A stretch of DNA of 64,000 bases from Camelus ferus (GCF_009834535.1 NC_045696.1:88104001-88168000); one strand, 5' to 3'; positions 12,403 through 26,849 are shown, counted from the stretch's first letter. Numbers and translations: made by a program. Notes: a model not told the origin generated them from the sequence alone.

Positions 12403-14815
12403 AATGTACTGGTTTGTTTATGTAAGACCCTTCATGATCTGGTCCTAATTTGCTGGTGGGACCTCCAGCCCAACAGAGGTGAGGCAGGTCTTGGGAGAGA
12501 AAAACCAGTGGAGACCATAAGCCCCGTCTGAAGAGGCTGCAGCACCTCAGCTCCAGCTGATCACTGCCATGGATCAGTGTGGGCTTGAGGTCCCAACAGA
12601 AGGCAGAAATCCAGCAAACTATGCAGCCTTTCACAGAATCAATTCTCACATATTTAAGAATTAATTACCTTAAGATTATTAATGGAAGAATTTAAATATG
12701 GAGTTATACCCATTATAGTCCGGACTTTTGTTTTCAATACTTAGAAGTCATATGTTAGACAGATGGCTTTCTTTTCCCCTTCAAAGTAGGTATACATATT
12801 TTAGATAGGGAACTTTCTAGCATAACATCAATTTCCTTAGCACTGAGTTCTTTATTTTCCCATGAAATGAAGGTTTGCACTCCCTCAAGCACATCCTTAA
12901 AATATCTTGACTCTGCATGCAATGTTTAGATGGTTTTATAAACCAATTTTAAGGCCTGTGATATATTTGCACCATTTGTCGGCAAACACAATATTTTCAA
13001 ATTGGTGTAAGCTGACCTGAATATCTTCACAAACTGAGCAGTAACATCATTTCAAATGTACCCAGTAACTATTTTACCGTCCTGGATATTTTCCTAAATT
13101 AAGTTAGTTTATATTGAAATATAGTTTTCAAAAGATTCATATGTTTTAATCCAGAGATTAAGAAAGCAGATTTTTCTAAAAGCCACTACTATACCCCAGC
13201 TTCCCCACCCAGTTGCCCTACATAATGAGGATGCCAATCTTCACATTCATTTATCTGCTGTCTCCGATGTACAACCCACCTCCGGGGGATTCAGAATTTA
13301 TCACTAATCTGTTAGGGAACTTAATCATAATTCACAATTTGGAAACAAGGCAAAAAAAAAAAACCAGAGGGGAAAATGTAGTCCTCCGAATGATGCAGAA
13401 ACTAGACTCTCCTATCCCTCAAGCTGAAGAGCCGGCAGGGCAGAGTTCCCTGAAAGGGACGTAAAGAAAGGAGAGATTGGAGCAGAGCTGAAATACCATG
13501 GGAGTTACAGAGACTTTGGTTGATATTTGAATTTGAGTTGCTGACGTTCGAACTGGCATTTTCACAATTTAAGCTGCATATTTAAAGAAGAAAAAGAAGA
13601 GAAAAGCCAAGTGCTGAAAATTGAAATCCTCTCATGAACAGTCATTCTATTTGAAAAATTAGAGACTTGTCAAAGAACAGCCATAACATTTACAAAAACG
13701 TAGGGACAGAGCAAATTAAATGACAAGACTTGTGAAGAAGTTTTTTTGGTCCTCCCTGCTAAGTGAAACAGACATACAAATGTGCTGTCATGTCCTCAAG
13801 TGTAAGAGTTGCTGAAAGAGCTGCAAGGCTAAATCCGAACCTTCGTGTGAAAGAGCTACTAGGAACTCTGGTGGAACAGGCTTGGACAGTCTTTGGAGAC
13901 ATATAACAACAGAAGACTTTATAATCAGTTGAGGATCAGATGGAAGAGAGACAGCACGGCCCAATTCAAATGGAAGCCCTAGAAAGGCCTACAGCACATG
14001 TTCCTGGATAAACACTGGCTCACCAGGGCCAGGTGGTATCTTGCACTTTGCAAGCACCACCAGATTTCTGACCAATACACGCCCTTCAATCTTTCAAATC
14101 TTTTCCACCTGCATGTAAGCTCTCAATAGAACTCTAGGTACCCAGCCATCTCTGTCACACGTAGTCAGTTGCAAGGTGGGAAGACAGTGAAAAGACATTA
14201 CAAATGAGTGTTCATAAAATATATACATGTGTATGTGTGTTTAAATTAGAGAAATATAAATCTATTCATTTTAAAGCTGACACTTAACCAAGAATGCCCA
14301 TTGCATTTTAATTGTGTTTATCTATGACCTCTTTGTCATAAATATCATACAAAGGATCTGCACTATTTAGAGGTTAAAATGGTGTTGGTGTCAGGAAGTG
14401 CAGTAACCAGGTAGTGAATAAAAACAACTTTGTGATGAGTTTCTCCGGTGAAGCAATAAAAAGTCTGTGCAATGGAATCCTGAAACCTTTGGAAAGAAAT
14501 TGTCAAGTTGAGAAATGCTTTGACATCGAGATAATGCACAAATAAAAGGAAAGAATACTTGAGGAGAGAAAACAATAGAAAGGAAAACCATTTATGTGTA
14601 ATATAGAAGCTTCTATACACATTTAAGTCATAACAGGACTGGTAAAGGTTTCAGAAAATGATGAAATATTTTGTTGATTTCACAGAGCAAAAGAAAAAAA
14701 CCTCACTGAAAAATCACCATTCAAAATGCCAGATTCAAACCGGCTCCTTTTATGTTACCCTGAGTTTTTATAAAAATTAGACTCCAAAGGCAGTTTCCTT
14801 CTAGAAGGAGCACGG

Positions 14816-15385
14816 TGTGGTCGGCAAAATGACACCACACCCGAAGGTGTCCATATCTTCATCCCTAGAACCAGTGAATTTGCTACCTCACATGGCCGAA
14901 GGGGTTTTGCCAATGTGGTTAAGTGAAGGACCTTAGGATAAGGAGGTTATTCTGGATTGTATGAATGATGCTAATCACATGGGTACCTAAAAGCAGGGCA
15001 TTTGACATTAAAATTGTAAACTGACTACACTTCAATAAAAAATAAGAACTTAAAAAAAAAAGAAAAAGCAGAGAACTTCTACCAGCAGGAGTCTCAGGGA
15101 GATGTGAGGACAGAACAGTCAGAGAGATGAGTGCATTGCTGGTTTTGATGGTGGAGGAAGGGGGCCAGGAGTCATGGAAGGGGTGGCCTCCAGAAGCTGG
15201 AAAAGGTAAGGGCACTTCCCCTGAAGCCCCCAAGATCAGAATGCAGTCCTGCTGTCACCTTCATCTTAGCCCAGGGCAACTGTGTCAGACTTCTGACCCA
15301 CAGAACCACAAGCAAATAAACTTGTGTGATTTTAAGCTGCTACGTTTGTGGTAATTTGTTACAGCAGGAATAGAAAGCTAATACA
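14816..15385 (+). mobile_element. MaLR solo LTR (MLT1D-like)
   Basis: tgtggt start, ctaataca end; agaagctggaaaagg, tgtcagacttctgacc...aaataaacttgtgtgattttaagctgct...tgtggtaatttgttacagcag. Confidence 0.85.
14999..15063 (+). mobile_element. Tiny L1 3' tip inserted into the MLT1 LTR
   Basis: ttgtaaactgactacacttcaataaaaaataag plus A-tail; TSD aaaagcag at 14989-14996 and 15064-15071. Confidence 0.8.
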
Positions 15386-16280
15386 GTAAATTCTAGAACC
15401 TAGATTTTAATGCCTAGAATTTCAGAATTTATCTTAAAAAACAAAAAGAATTTTAAAATATCTGTCTCCATTTTTCAGTAGAATGGCTTGTGGCATTGCA
15501 TATAAAACATAAGATAAAAATAACTTAGTGGAAAGAAATATCTAAAGAAACTCAAGTATCTTCAGAAAACAGCCCAGATGCCTATCTCCTCTTAGATGGA
15601 GAGCCTAGTGAAAATGCTTTACTTTGAAAAGCCTGTTTGGATTTCATTTGATGGTTAAGATGTTTAACAATGTCAGTCCCTGCATTTAAGTCTCCACTGT
15701 GTCCCATCTTGTGTGGCACTAAATGCAAACCCCAAACCCTCGCCTGTGGGGCCCCATGTGGTCTGACCTCTGTGATCGCATTTTCTATTCTTCTCCCACT
15801 CCTCATCAAGCCTCAGCCCTACTGGCCTTTTTCCTGATCTTTAAAGATGCAAATCTTATTCCCACCCCACCCCAGAGCCTCTGCATTGCTGATTCCTCTG
15901 CCTGAAATGTGTGGAAAAGCATTGCATAAGGACCCAAACTTGAGACTCAGCACTCAGAGAAATGACCAGGACCCAGAAAGAAACCTGCATAACATCACAA
16001 GCATCTGGGCACCATCAAAAGTAGGCAGATCCCAGAACTCTAGCCCAGCCTGCTGAATTAACTCAGCATGGGCCCCAAAAGCATGTTTTGAAATATGCCC
16101 AGGGAAGGTCAATGGCAGCATCATCACACTTCCGAGACAGAAGCAACACGGGGCACATCAGTCCGGCCCAGAAAAGACAATCTCACTGTAGGATGATGTG
16201 CTGCCTTCTTGACACCCAGCTCTTGGGTTAGCGTAAGTAATCTTGACAGTTAGATTTAATCACATCTTTCAGAAACCAGC

Positions 16281-16522
16281 TGTATGGTATCGTGGTTAGG
16301 AGCACAGACACCTGGGTTTATAATCTCACCTCTGCCACTTGTTAGCTGATGCCGTCAAGCAAGTTACTTAGCCTCGCTGAGCCACGGCTGCCTCATCTGC
16401 AAACTGACAAGGGGTAACAGAAAAAAGCTACCTCAAAGAGGGGTGAGGATTAAATTGTTTAATATCCATAAAGTACTTCGGACAGTGCTTGGCCAATAGT
16501 AAGAGCTCACTAAATGTTGGCC
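16281..16522 (+). mobile_element. MIR SINE, near full length
   Basis: gtggttaggagcacagac...ctctgccacttgttagct...gcaagttacttagcctc...cctcatctgcaaa...gaggattaaat...agtgcttggc. Confidence 0.85.
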
Positions 16523-17069
16523 ATGATTTGTCAAAGGCATTGTTCTGGCCTGTCAACCATCCTTTTATTGTGGTTTTGCTAGTGTTTGAAAAATACTCCC
16601 TTAATGTCTACACGTACCTATTTTTCATCTTTCAAAGCTGTTCCATGAAATAAAGTGAAAAAATCTATGTTCTTCCCATTGTCCTCTCAACTGCTTAATT
16701 AGTGATGGTATTAAGCATGCAGGCCATAAAGTCTCTACAATTATATCAGATAGTTACTATTTCTCTGCTGATATGTACTGGATTATCCAAAGCCACAGAA
16801 GATAGGGATCAATATCAATAAAGTCTCCTTTTTCATCCTCCTGGGATCCCTACTGATTTCTTCTCTCCCCTGGTGGCTAAACTAAAAGCATACAGGTTAC
16901 TGCAAAAACAGCTGCCCACAAAACAAGTAATTAACTAAAATTCAGTAGCACGTGTAGCAAAATAACTAAATTCAAATAGGATTTTACCACTGAGTGTGAG
17001 GCCCTAAATCCATCAGAGATGTGAATGAGTCAGTACTAACCCTTTGGCCTTTACCAACTCAAAAGATAA

Positions 17070-17880
17070 ATGGATGTTTGAGCCAGGAGACTTTGGAGAA
17101 GGAAGGTGTTTATCCCCACCCAGTAGAGGATGGACTTCAACCAGACTAGGCATGAAATTTGGGAGACCTGAAGATGAAGGGTTTGGAAATTCCAGTGGCT
17201 CCCTAGTTCCTACTGGAGTTGGCTAAGGGATCCAGCACACAGATGGGTCCTTTGGTGCTGGGCACTAAGGGAGGGGAACCATGGGGAAATGGCAGCAGGA
17301 CACAACTCAGCGGGAAGAGGTAAGGAAAAACAGGGCCCACGTGCTGGCTGGGTCTGCCCCCTCTCTCCACGTCAGATGTGGAAAGGATCCAGCAGTCTTT
17401 TTGCGGCCAGAGAATCCTCTTTAAAAACCAACAAAAGCATGAATAATGGAGGCACTGAGCCCCACAAGAAGGTGAAAGAATCACACAAGCATGGGCTGTG
17501 GCGTGCACACCATAGAAGCATAGAAGCAAGGCCATCGAGTGTCTCACGATGAACTAATGTGCCCTAGGAGTAGGGTAACTGGGAGAGTCACCTTCCAGGG
17601 CCCTGGTGGTGAGACATGGTCTCCGTTAAAAGTCAAGCCAGAATTTGGACAAGTACATCCCACCCCATCCTCTCCTCCCTGCAGGTATCTTTCTACGGAG
17701 TCATCGATGCTGGGGGATGATGAGGAAAGAGGGATGGAGGGATGGAGGCTCAGAGAGAGAAAGACCTTTCAACCCAAACAGTGACCGGGTGAACTATGCC
17801 CAAACTCATTATAAAAACTTATTTGAATCTAACAGACCTAAGAACAATTAAGTTTTAAACCGGAAGTGACTGAAGTATAT
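17070..17880. mobile_element. Possible ancient LTR (MamGypLTR-like)
   Basis: G-rich block ending aagttttaaaccggaagtgactgaag; family assignment from recollection only. Confidence 0.35.
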
Positions 17881-17951
17881 AGAAATAAACAATGTCCATC
17901 TTCTTTAGATAATAACTTTAAATGAAGGATAATCTATGAAAATTTTGAATT

Positions 17952-18014
17952 ACTATGGTTGTACACCTGAAACTAATATAATACTGTAAATCAACTGTAC
18001 TTCAATTAAAAAAT
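17952..18014 (+). mobile_element. L1 3' tip
   Basis: tgtacacctgaaactaatataatactgtaaatcaactgtacttcaattaaaaaa. Confidence 0.75.
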
Positions 18015-19637
18015 AACTTTTCAGTCTTCTGCTGATGAGCAGTAATGAAGACTCAAAGAGGGAAATCATTTATTAGAAAAGAATAGAGCTCTGTTTTGCA
18101 TATATCTGATATGACCCTATCAAATTTATACATATTACCATTAAATTCTGAAGCCTCTTCTTCCCAAACTAAACTTTCATTTTCCAAACAATAGGCCAAT
18201 ATTTGGGGGAAATTCACAAAAGTCACTTTCAGTTAGATTAAATTTCACCATCAGTGTTTTCCCCATGAAATAAGCACCTTGCACCTTGTAACCTTGGCCA
18301 AGCCATGGTTCCAGTTTTCTCAAGTGTAAAATTAGGACGTTGAACTTAATGGTCTAAATTCTCTTCCAACTCAATAATTTAATGACAAAATAGAAAGTTC
18401 CTCTCAGGTCTTTGTTTAGAATCAAGCATGCATAATTAAAGCACTTAAGAAATAGGGAACCAGCTTCCCTCTGGGAAATTTAACTATTCTAAGGTTCACA
18501 AATGTCCACACACTTTAATATTTCACTGCAAGTTGTTTGTGAAATAATTACTCCATAAATTGATCTAGGTTTACCTACCAATCTTTGTTTGATCCAAGAT
18601 TAACTCATAAATCAGACAAGGATAAATGAGCCCTCACCAATGGTCCTCTTTAAAGAATTAAACTTTAGCATGTCATTAGCCAGCTTCTTTGATGGAATGC
18701 AATGTTAAAGCAACATTTATTCCTTACACAGTATTTTCCTCCTCAAAGCTAAAGCTTCCCTCTGGAAAGATAAAAGGTGTTATTTATTTTTCTTAATAAA
18801 GACTTTTAGAATAGTAATGCTTTCAGTATTAGCAAATTTGAAAACTCTGTAAATCCCCAGAGCTTCTCCCCTTTAAGTCTTCTAAATCAAGAGATTCTAC
18901 ATCTCTTTTAAATCCCACAGAATATGATTCCTGGTGATTTACTATAAACCCCAATGCAGTGAGGAAGCATGAACGCATTTTGTTTGATAAGAATGTCTTA
19001 TGAATGCACAGCCATCATGTTTTCCAATATATGATTCTGTTCACATCTGCTATAGGGCTTGGAGGAGTGGCAGGCATTGGCAATATTGTAAAGTGTTCTC
19101 CAAGCAATAGAAAAGCAAAAAAAAAAGTCATAATTTTCTATGGGGATAATTTCTATGCCACACTGACACTTGTAAATGTTTTCAATAGTGTTGATTTATT
19201 AGAAAGCTTAGAAAGGGAGTGCTTAGAATCAGCTTTCCCCATAAAATCTCAGTGACAGAGAATAACTTTTACATTTTTCAAACTGTCCATTGTGAAAGAT
19301 TTTTTCATCACTTTGAAGGTGTTTAGAGGTTTTTGATTTAATGTAGAATGATAACTCCCTTGAGTTGCAGACTTCTGGAAAGAACAAACAATGAAACATA
19401 CCCTTCCCCTGCCTGAGCTCAATAATGGAACACGTTTGCCCATCCAGGGCCGCACAGTACTTCCCTGACTTGCTTGAGTTCTCTAATGTGAAATTTGGAG
19501 TCTCACAAATTAAAATTAATTTATAAATGTATTACTTTAACCTTGTGTTTCAAAACAAGAGAAGCTGTAACTCCTGTCTGGGTTGGAGGGAGAAGGGGAA
19601 TTACTCTAGGAATTAGGAAAAGTTAAGTAAAAAAGCA

Positions 19638-19794
19638 GGGAGGGTATAGCTCCGTGGTAGATCTCATGCTTTGCACGCACAAGGTATTGGGTTCAATTTC
19701 CAGTACCTCTATTAAAAAAATAATAAAATCAATCAATCAATAAACCTAATTACTTCCCACCCAACACATACACATTAAAAAAAAAAAAAACTTA
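19638..19794 (+). mobile_element. tRNA-Ala-derived SINE (camelid Vic-1 type)
   Basis: gggagggtatagctccgtggtaga (A box)...gggttcaatttcc (B box), A-rich linker, aaacctaattac, poly(A); 12-bp TSD taagtaaaaaag at 19624-19635 and 19795-19806. Confidence 0.88.
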
Positions 19795-20434
19795 TAAGTA
19801 AAAAAGGAAGACTGATAGAAGGAGTTGGGGCCAGGAGGCCCATCCTGGACTTCCACCCCCACTGAGCCCGGCAGCAACTAAACAAATGGGACAGGAAACT
19901 GACCTGGGACCTTCTCTCCGTGGCTGCTTGGTGGGGACCTTGGGGAACTGTTCTTTCAGGCAGTTTCCTGTGTAAATTTTGGAGTGACCAAACTCAAAGG
20001 AAACCCTAGAAGTTTAACATTCTATAAGATACTTTGATAAACTAACTTTAGACTGCTCATCATGTTTTAAAAACATAAAAAAGTTAAGAGAATACACTTG
20101 GGATGCTGCAATATCCTAAAAATAGTTTTAATAACTTTTTCCAGTTAAATTGGAAGGGTTGTTCAAGTACAATTAAAATGTATCACTTTATTTTTCTACC
20201 ACTCCGACATGCCTGGTCAGGAGAACCTCTCAGGCCCCCTGAGAGTGTACATCCTGCATCTCAGCATGTGCTCCCACAGCCTCTCCTGAGGAGGAAGTAA
20301 ACCTGGAATAGAGTAGCCAGCTTCCCTAGTATGTCCTGGGCTGAGGGGTTTCCGGGATGCTGGACTTCCAACGCTCAGACCAGGAGGGAAAGCCAAATGA
20401 GCTGGTGGTCCTATAGAGGTCTCCAAACTTCAGT

Positions 20435-20592
20435 ATGCCTCAGAATTACCCATAGGGCTTGTTAAAATTCAGATTTCTGAGCCCCACCTCCAGAATTTTT
20501 TAATCAGAAGATCTGTGGTATGGCCCCAAAACTTGCATTTCTAACAAATTCCCAGCTGCCTGTCCAAGGGTCGCACTTTGAGAAGCCACTGC
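20435..20592. mobile_element. MER5A-like hAT-Charlie MITE
   Basis: ctccaaacttcagtatgcctcagaattacc...ggcttgttaaaa...ttgcatttctaacaaattccca...cactttgagaagccactg. Confidence 0.85.
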
Positions 20593-20599
20593 CCTATTC

Positions 20600-20958
20600 C
20601 TGGACTCTCCCCAGCCATAAGTGGATTAGTGGAAGGGTCCACAGCTAATTCAAATGATCTTATTTGACTGTCTCTCACAAGAATTTGACATTGGAACTCA
20701 AGGTCTTACATCAATCACCTTGGTCATAAGGAGAGTCTACATTTGACACTAGGTATACAGAATAAAGGGGATGTGAAAGGATTGCTTTCACCGAACATAT
20801 TTCCAGTTCCTGACTCCAGCCCTTCCATGAAGCTCAGCTATACTTGTCACCCTCTCATTCCATGAGGTTTCTCACTGCCTACTGATAAATTACTGTTTTA
20901 TACTTCAGCTACTTTGAATATCTTTTGTTATATCAGCCAACATAACCCTGATTAAGAC
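20600..20958 (+). mobile_element. Old MaLR LTR fragment (MLT1H/J/K-like)
   Basis: ccagttcctgactccagccct...aaattactgtttta...ends ccctgattaagaca. Confidence 0.5.
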
Positions 20959-23429
20959 CAAAATGCTCCAAATAATTGTATGCAACAGAGGACACCATCG
21001 ATCCAAGTCCAGGAAAATACCGTATTGACTCTGAGCCATTTTAGTTTCCTCTGTAACTTTTTAAACTGCCAGAAAAGTTATTCTAATTATTCATATTATG
21101 ATGGAGCTTGAAAATTTGATGCATTTCTTGTATAAATGCCTAACCTAAATATGGAAAAGGCTGGAAGGAGAGAAGTAAAAGGAAAAACTATCAACTCCAG
21201 TTCATTTGGATGTCCTAAGAGGAAATTTTATCACAATACCAGGGCCCATGGAAATCTCATGAGACCCAAAACATTTTGAGTAAATGATGGATTAGACTAA
21301 GTGGATTTGCACTCCATAGAATTTTACAGGCCAGTTCCACAGAGAAAATTGAGAATGTTGTGTATCCTTGATCAGAAATGGAAGCATATTTTAAAGACTG
21401 TTGAAGAGGATGTTAAAAGCGCAGAGCCCATTACAGCCTGGGTAACTCCTCTCTAACAACACAACAGAATTACCATCCTGTTTTTAAAGATCCTTAAAGA
21501 GAATAATCAAAGTCCCTCCCAAAAAGGCTTTTCTCATAATTAACAGGATTCATTGCCTAGAAATATCTTGATGACTTTCCCAAATCTCTCGTGCTCCATC
21601 CACAGTGTGTTTCTTTTAACCTAGGGACTGATCAGGAGCACTGAGTGACAAAAGCATACTCCTGAAGGCCAATGTTAATTTGACTTTTTTTTTCATATTC
21701 CCTTTGACCCTGTGCAGTTGCAACCCTCTGGGACTACATTATTTATCATATTTGTTATAAACCTACCAGTTTCTGAAATTCTTGATTTATTAAGTAGCAC
21801 CCGGTGATCTATTCTCTTAAATACAGTATTTTCTGCTATGAGTCCCTAGTTACTCTTAGTCTCCTTTGCATATTCAGCATCTTTCTAAAATGCTTCTCCT
21901 TGATGCAACCACTGTGCTCCGCTCTGCTCTCTTAACTTAAACCTTTCTGCCTGATTCTAACCAGATTTTCAGGGGTGATACCACCTTCATTTCATCTGAG
22001 TGATGTTGAAGCCCCATTCTGTCATCTAACAGACTACCTACTGTCTCCTCATTCCCACTCCCTGAGTCATCAAAAAACTAATAAATGCTTTCTTTCCCAT
22101 CTTTCAGATAAACACATCACAATTTTCAAAAGTTCTGGGCTTATCATTTCTTCCTAAAATTTGATTTATGATCCACCCGTGACTCCGGATGTCAAGACTC
22201 AGAGATAATGGTCTACAAAGACAGTATTTGTTACCAGATGCACGTAGCATGTAGAGAAAGATTACGCTGCTTTGCTGTTTAAACTATACTGTCTGCTTTA
22301 GCCCCACACTTCTCTCTTTTAGCAGTATTTATCAGAGTAATCCTCATCCAGCTTCATTATGTCCTCGTTAGTATGTGTCTGTTATCTCCTCCCTGCCAAA
22401 TCAAGAGTAAAGATTCTTTCTGTTTTATGATCCCTGTGGGCAAATGTCATTCTTGGCTGAACACATCGAGTGCCCATAAGGTTCTAATAGTTGAAGTGCT
22501 TAAAGCACCTGCCATCCATCAAGGTTTATGATGTGGTTACCATAGCTACCAAAACCCCATGCATTCCAGATAACCTGGGATCTGCTTTGTTAAAAAAAAA
22601 AAAAAAAAAAAAAGTCTGCCAGGGAATTAGCCACATGAAGTCAGTTCCAATTAAACAATTAAAATCAATCAAAAATGATTCAAAACATAAGGAAAACACT
22701 TCAAAACATAACAATAAACTCAGTGTCACTAAGATGAGCTGAGACCAAATCAAGACCATACTGGCTTAAAACTGATGGACAAAAAATTAGACCATATCAT
22801 ATCTCCTTTATGCTGCATCATATCAGCAGATGGCAAGGGGTACAATTTTCAAGGCCTCCTTGGAGATCGCCTTTGGAAAAAAGTACTGGAATACATAACT
22901 TTTAATCAAAAGTTACTGTGGAGGCCTTTTTTCTTTCCCCAAAGAAGTTTGCTTTTAAATAACAGTACTAGAGTTGTGTTTTATACCAAATCGTTCATCC
23001 CAGAGCATCCACATAATGCCGTATAAATGTATTAATTCACACAACCTTCCTGTAAAGCACAGGGGTAGCAAACTCCCCAGATGTGCATACTGAATTTTTA
23101 AAAAGCAGTTTAAGTTGACTAGTCTATTCAGAAAGGAAGGTTAAAAAGGTAGGCCTTGCACTGTGTCTTAATAATCAGAGTCCACTAGGAATTTATTAGA
23201 CTGTGACAAAAGAAAAAGAAAGGAAAAAACTCAAGCTTTTGTACACTGCCTCCTTGGCTTTTTTTAAATGCTCTCTTTCATACTTTCCATAGCACGAGGA
23301 GACAGAGGGTAATTTAATATGACTGACTTCAGAATATTGTGGGCAGTTTGCAAATAGAAACTGAATATCATCCAACCCAAAAATAACTCCCCAGCAGGAA
23401 ACTGGAAAAAAATCTATGATTTCACTATG

Positions 23430-23700
23430 CTATTGTTTAAAAACAAATATTTGCTAAAATTTGGATTAAATTGTAAAGAACATCAAATATTCTGATACAT
23501 ATTTGAGCAATGTGTAGCAAGAATCTTCAAAATATTCACACTCTTTGTCCCAGTAATTCCACTTCTAGGAATTACTTCTATCTATTGGAAAGAATGCAAA
23601 ACTCAAATAAAGATTTATGATACAGTTTACAGAATTATATATAAACAGTAAAGTGAAAATACTCCGAATACCCAAATCAATGAAAAGATTAAATATTTTA
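23430..23700 (+). mobile_element. L1ME-type fragment
   Basis: ctctttgtcccagtaattccacttctaggaatt (ORF2 C-terminal PAIPLLGI-like region). Confidence 0.6.
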
Positions 23701-23709
23701 AGCCCACAG

Positions 23710-24780
23710 CCATTTGCTTATTCATTTCTCACATACTACGTATCTCCTATGTTCCAGGCACAAGAAATACAAAGACAAATAAGACATGCTCTTACACACA
23801 TGATCCCTACCTTACAGTGTGTTATAATCTAACATGGAGGGAAAGACATGTAAACACATTATGATTGTAAGTGCCCTAGAAAAGGAAAGAGTGTTCAACT
23901 TTACATTAAAAAGATGAAGATCAGGAAAAGTTTTATAGGGTTGATCTTTAAATCTTGAAATTCAAGTATGTGCTTGGCAAACAGACTGAAGATCACTAGC
24001 AATAGTGAAAAGGAGGAACAGAGCAGAGGCAGCCAGGAGTACTTGGACTGACAACGTTGCAGACTTGAGTTGAACCAGTGACTTCAGGGAGGGCCGGAGG
24101 AGCAGACATGGGTGACGTGATGCGGGTTCTCTTTCGGGACTTTATGACTTGAACAGAGGGGATGAGATGGGCAGGATGAAGGAGCAAAGATGATTCCCAG
24201 TATTCTGACTCTGGAACCAGGAGGGTAAGAGAGGGAGTCCAAGAGAAAATAAAGCAGAGAGAAAGGGAATAATAGTATTTAGACATGAAGAGTTGGAATT
24301 GTCTGAGGAGCATCTCAGTGATGAGTTCATACAAAGAAAGTTGGATCTGAAGTTTGTACACGAGAGTGATGGATGTAAGGGCTGTGGCAGTAATCACTGC
24401 AGAGGATGAGTGTGTGAAAATTGAAAAGAAGAGCAAGGACAGGGCCCTGGGGCATACCAGTATGCTAAGGGGTTGGCAGAGGAATAGGAAAAAAAAATGT
24501 GACTCAGATAAGATAGCAAAGGAACCAGTGAGTTGAACAAACTCACTGACAAATGGCCATCAGTGGTGCCATTTTCCAGAGCAAGTTGTATAGACCAAAG
24601 GCAGCAGGAGTACCAATAGAATGGTTTTAAAGGGGAATAAGAGGTTGACTCCCAAGAGAAGAAAGGGAAGTAAAATTAGAGCAGGACATAGGATTACAAA
24701 ATGATACGTCTAAGATGAGAGAGACTTGTGTATACTTTCAGAAGATAGAAATTGAAGTGGTGAGAGGAAAAGATTAAAAT
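23710..24780 (-). mobile_element. L2 LINE remnant
   Basis: ttattcatt...ctcctatgttccaggca tail, then aaagatgattcccag..., tttagacatgaagagttgga, agagtgatggatg. Confidence 0.75.
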
Positions 24781-25096
24781 AAGAGAAATGAGAGTAAATG
24801 CTGAAATGATGCAGACTTTTCTAAGCTTTTAATGAACACACTAAAAATAAAATTTAAATAATACTTCAACAAGTTTTTAATAAAACTATTAAGGTACTTG
24901 GCATAAGCAGAAAAGTGAAAGATATAAAACTGAATGTATATTATGTCAACTTTATCAAACAAAATGTTTTTAAAAATTGAAGGAAAATATAGGAAAGGTT
25001 AACGATGGTTGATTTTGAGGAGCGTTATTTCTATGCTACATTTTTCCATTTTTCTTAATTTTTCCAAAATTAACTAATTTTATAATAATTTCTCTA

Positions 25097-25443
25097 AAAT
25101 ACCACATGATATCACTTATCTGTGGAATCTATAAAAAAAGACAAATGAACTTATTTACAAAACAGAAACAGACTCACAGGCATTGAAAACAAACTTATGG
25201 TTACTGAGGGGGGAGGGTGGGAAGGGATAAACTGGGAGTTTAAGATCTGAAGATACTAATATATATACATAATAGATAAACTACAAGTTTATACTGTAGA
25301 GCACAGGGAGCCATATTCAATATCTTGTAGTAGCCTATGGTGAAAAAAATATGAGAATGAATGTTGTATGTTCTTATGTAACTGAAGTTATTGTGCTGTA
25401 CACCAGAAATTGACACACTGTAAACTGACTACAATTTTTAAAA
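25097..25443 (+). mobile_element. 5'-truncated camelid-type L1 3' end
   Basis: Aligns by eye with 30425-30790 (aaatacca...tatcacttat.tgtggaatcta...acagactcacag...ctgtacaccagaaattgacaca). Confidence 0.9.
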
Positions 25444-25451
25444 AGTCTTAA

Positions 25452-25530
25452 AAGAGAAGAAAGTTGAAAAGAAGAGAAAGGAAAGAGGAAAGAAAGAAAG
25501 AAACAGGACAGAGGAAGAGAAAGAAGGTAG
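25452..25530. repeat. Purine-rich (GA/GAAA) low-complexity tract
   Basis: Direct inspection. Confidence 0.7.
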
Positions 25531-25958
25531 GGATGGTGGAAGGCAAGATCTGCCCGCCAGAGTGTGGGAATCACCAATCAAAGCATGTGCACACAGAACC
25601 CAGAACAGGACCTCAATTACAGGAGATTACAGCACTCCAGGCCTCAACTGTTTTCTAGTATTTTACATATGAAAAGTTCTATTTATGTTTGCTCTCTATA
25701 AGCAAAAAAAGTGTTTGTGTTTTTTTAAATAACTAAACAAAAGACATTGCATCTTCACAACTTGTGACACTTGCTACCTCATAAATATTTGTCTTTTCTC
25801 TGGGGTGATGTTACAGTGTGAATGAAAACTCTTCCCTGTGGGAAAGAGAAATCAGAACTTATATTATTAGAAAAGAAAAATGTGGACAGGCTAATGTTTG
25901 CAGACTGGGGATGCCATTAACCATAAACTTTATCTGAAATAAATGTGTGGGGACTTTT

Positions 25959-25967
25959 CAAGATGGC
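25959..25967 (+). promoter_or_regulatory. YY1 motif of the L1 internal promoter
   Basis: CAAGATGGC about 10 nt from the element 5' end, the canonical L1 position. Confidence 0.7.
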
Positions 25968-26849
25968 AGAGTAGAAGGACCCTCTTAGCTCACCCTCTCC
26001 CACAAATACACCAAGAGTGACATCCACGGACCCACCCACCAATCAGAACACCTGCTGAACTTTGACAGAATATTGCCTTCTTCAAAAGATAAAATTTTCC
26101 ACAAATCTGGTAGGAGAAAAGGAGAAAAGAAGAAAAAGGAAAATAGTGCGGGAGTGGTACCATGGGAAGGGAGTGGCAAAGGAGGAATGACACATATACA
26201 CTGGGTCTCCCCCTCTCCAACAAAGAGGTAAGCAGGACGGAAGGGGAACCTCTGAGGCTCAGATCCATACAGAATAGCCCTTGACTGACAGAACTAAGTT
26301 AAAGGGGCACAAAGGGTCCCTGCGACCCCCAGCCTGAGACGTGAACCAGCAGGGGTGGGACAGGACAGGCTGCCTGAGCTGGGCAGAGGACTCGGGTTGA
26401 CTGTACAGAGGCAACCTTGGGGGACTGCAGTACGCTGTGCATACTAGGAGGGTACACAGATCAGAACAGCGTGTGTCCCCGATGAAATACAAAAAAAAAG
26501 CAAAGCAACACTGCCGGTATGCACTGGGGGGAGGGGCGCAGTGACCTTTGTCTCCATAGACCTAAGGCACTGTTATTGGTGCATTTGGGAGGAGAGAGAT
26601 TGGGCTCAGCCACAGCCACCATATTCTCTGGTGTGAGGCTCCCAGGCAGAGGTGGGGTCGAAACCTGAATCCTTACCTAGGGGCTCAGCAACTTCACAGG
26701 CGGGACGGAGATTTGTTTACAGCCCCCGGCAGAGGGAACCATTCTGCCCTGGTGTCTGTGAACTTGTGCCTCTAAGATAAGCAGGAGTGGAGCTCTGGCA
26801 CAGAGCAGGGGGGAGGGCTGATGCGGCTGTTTTCCACAGGCCTGCCTAA

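Noticed and set aside
19638..19712. tRNA-Ala-like sequence
   Set aside because: Has an A-rich tail and TSD and a degenerate cloverleaf; it is a SINE head, not a tRNA gene.
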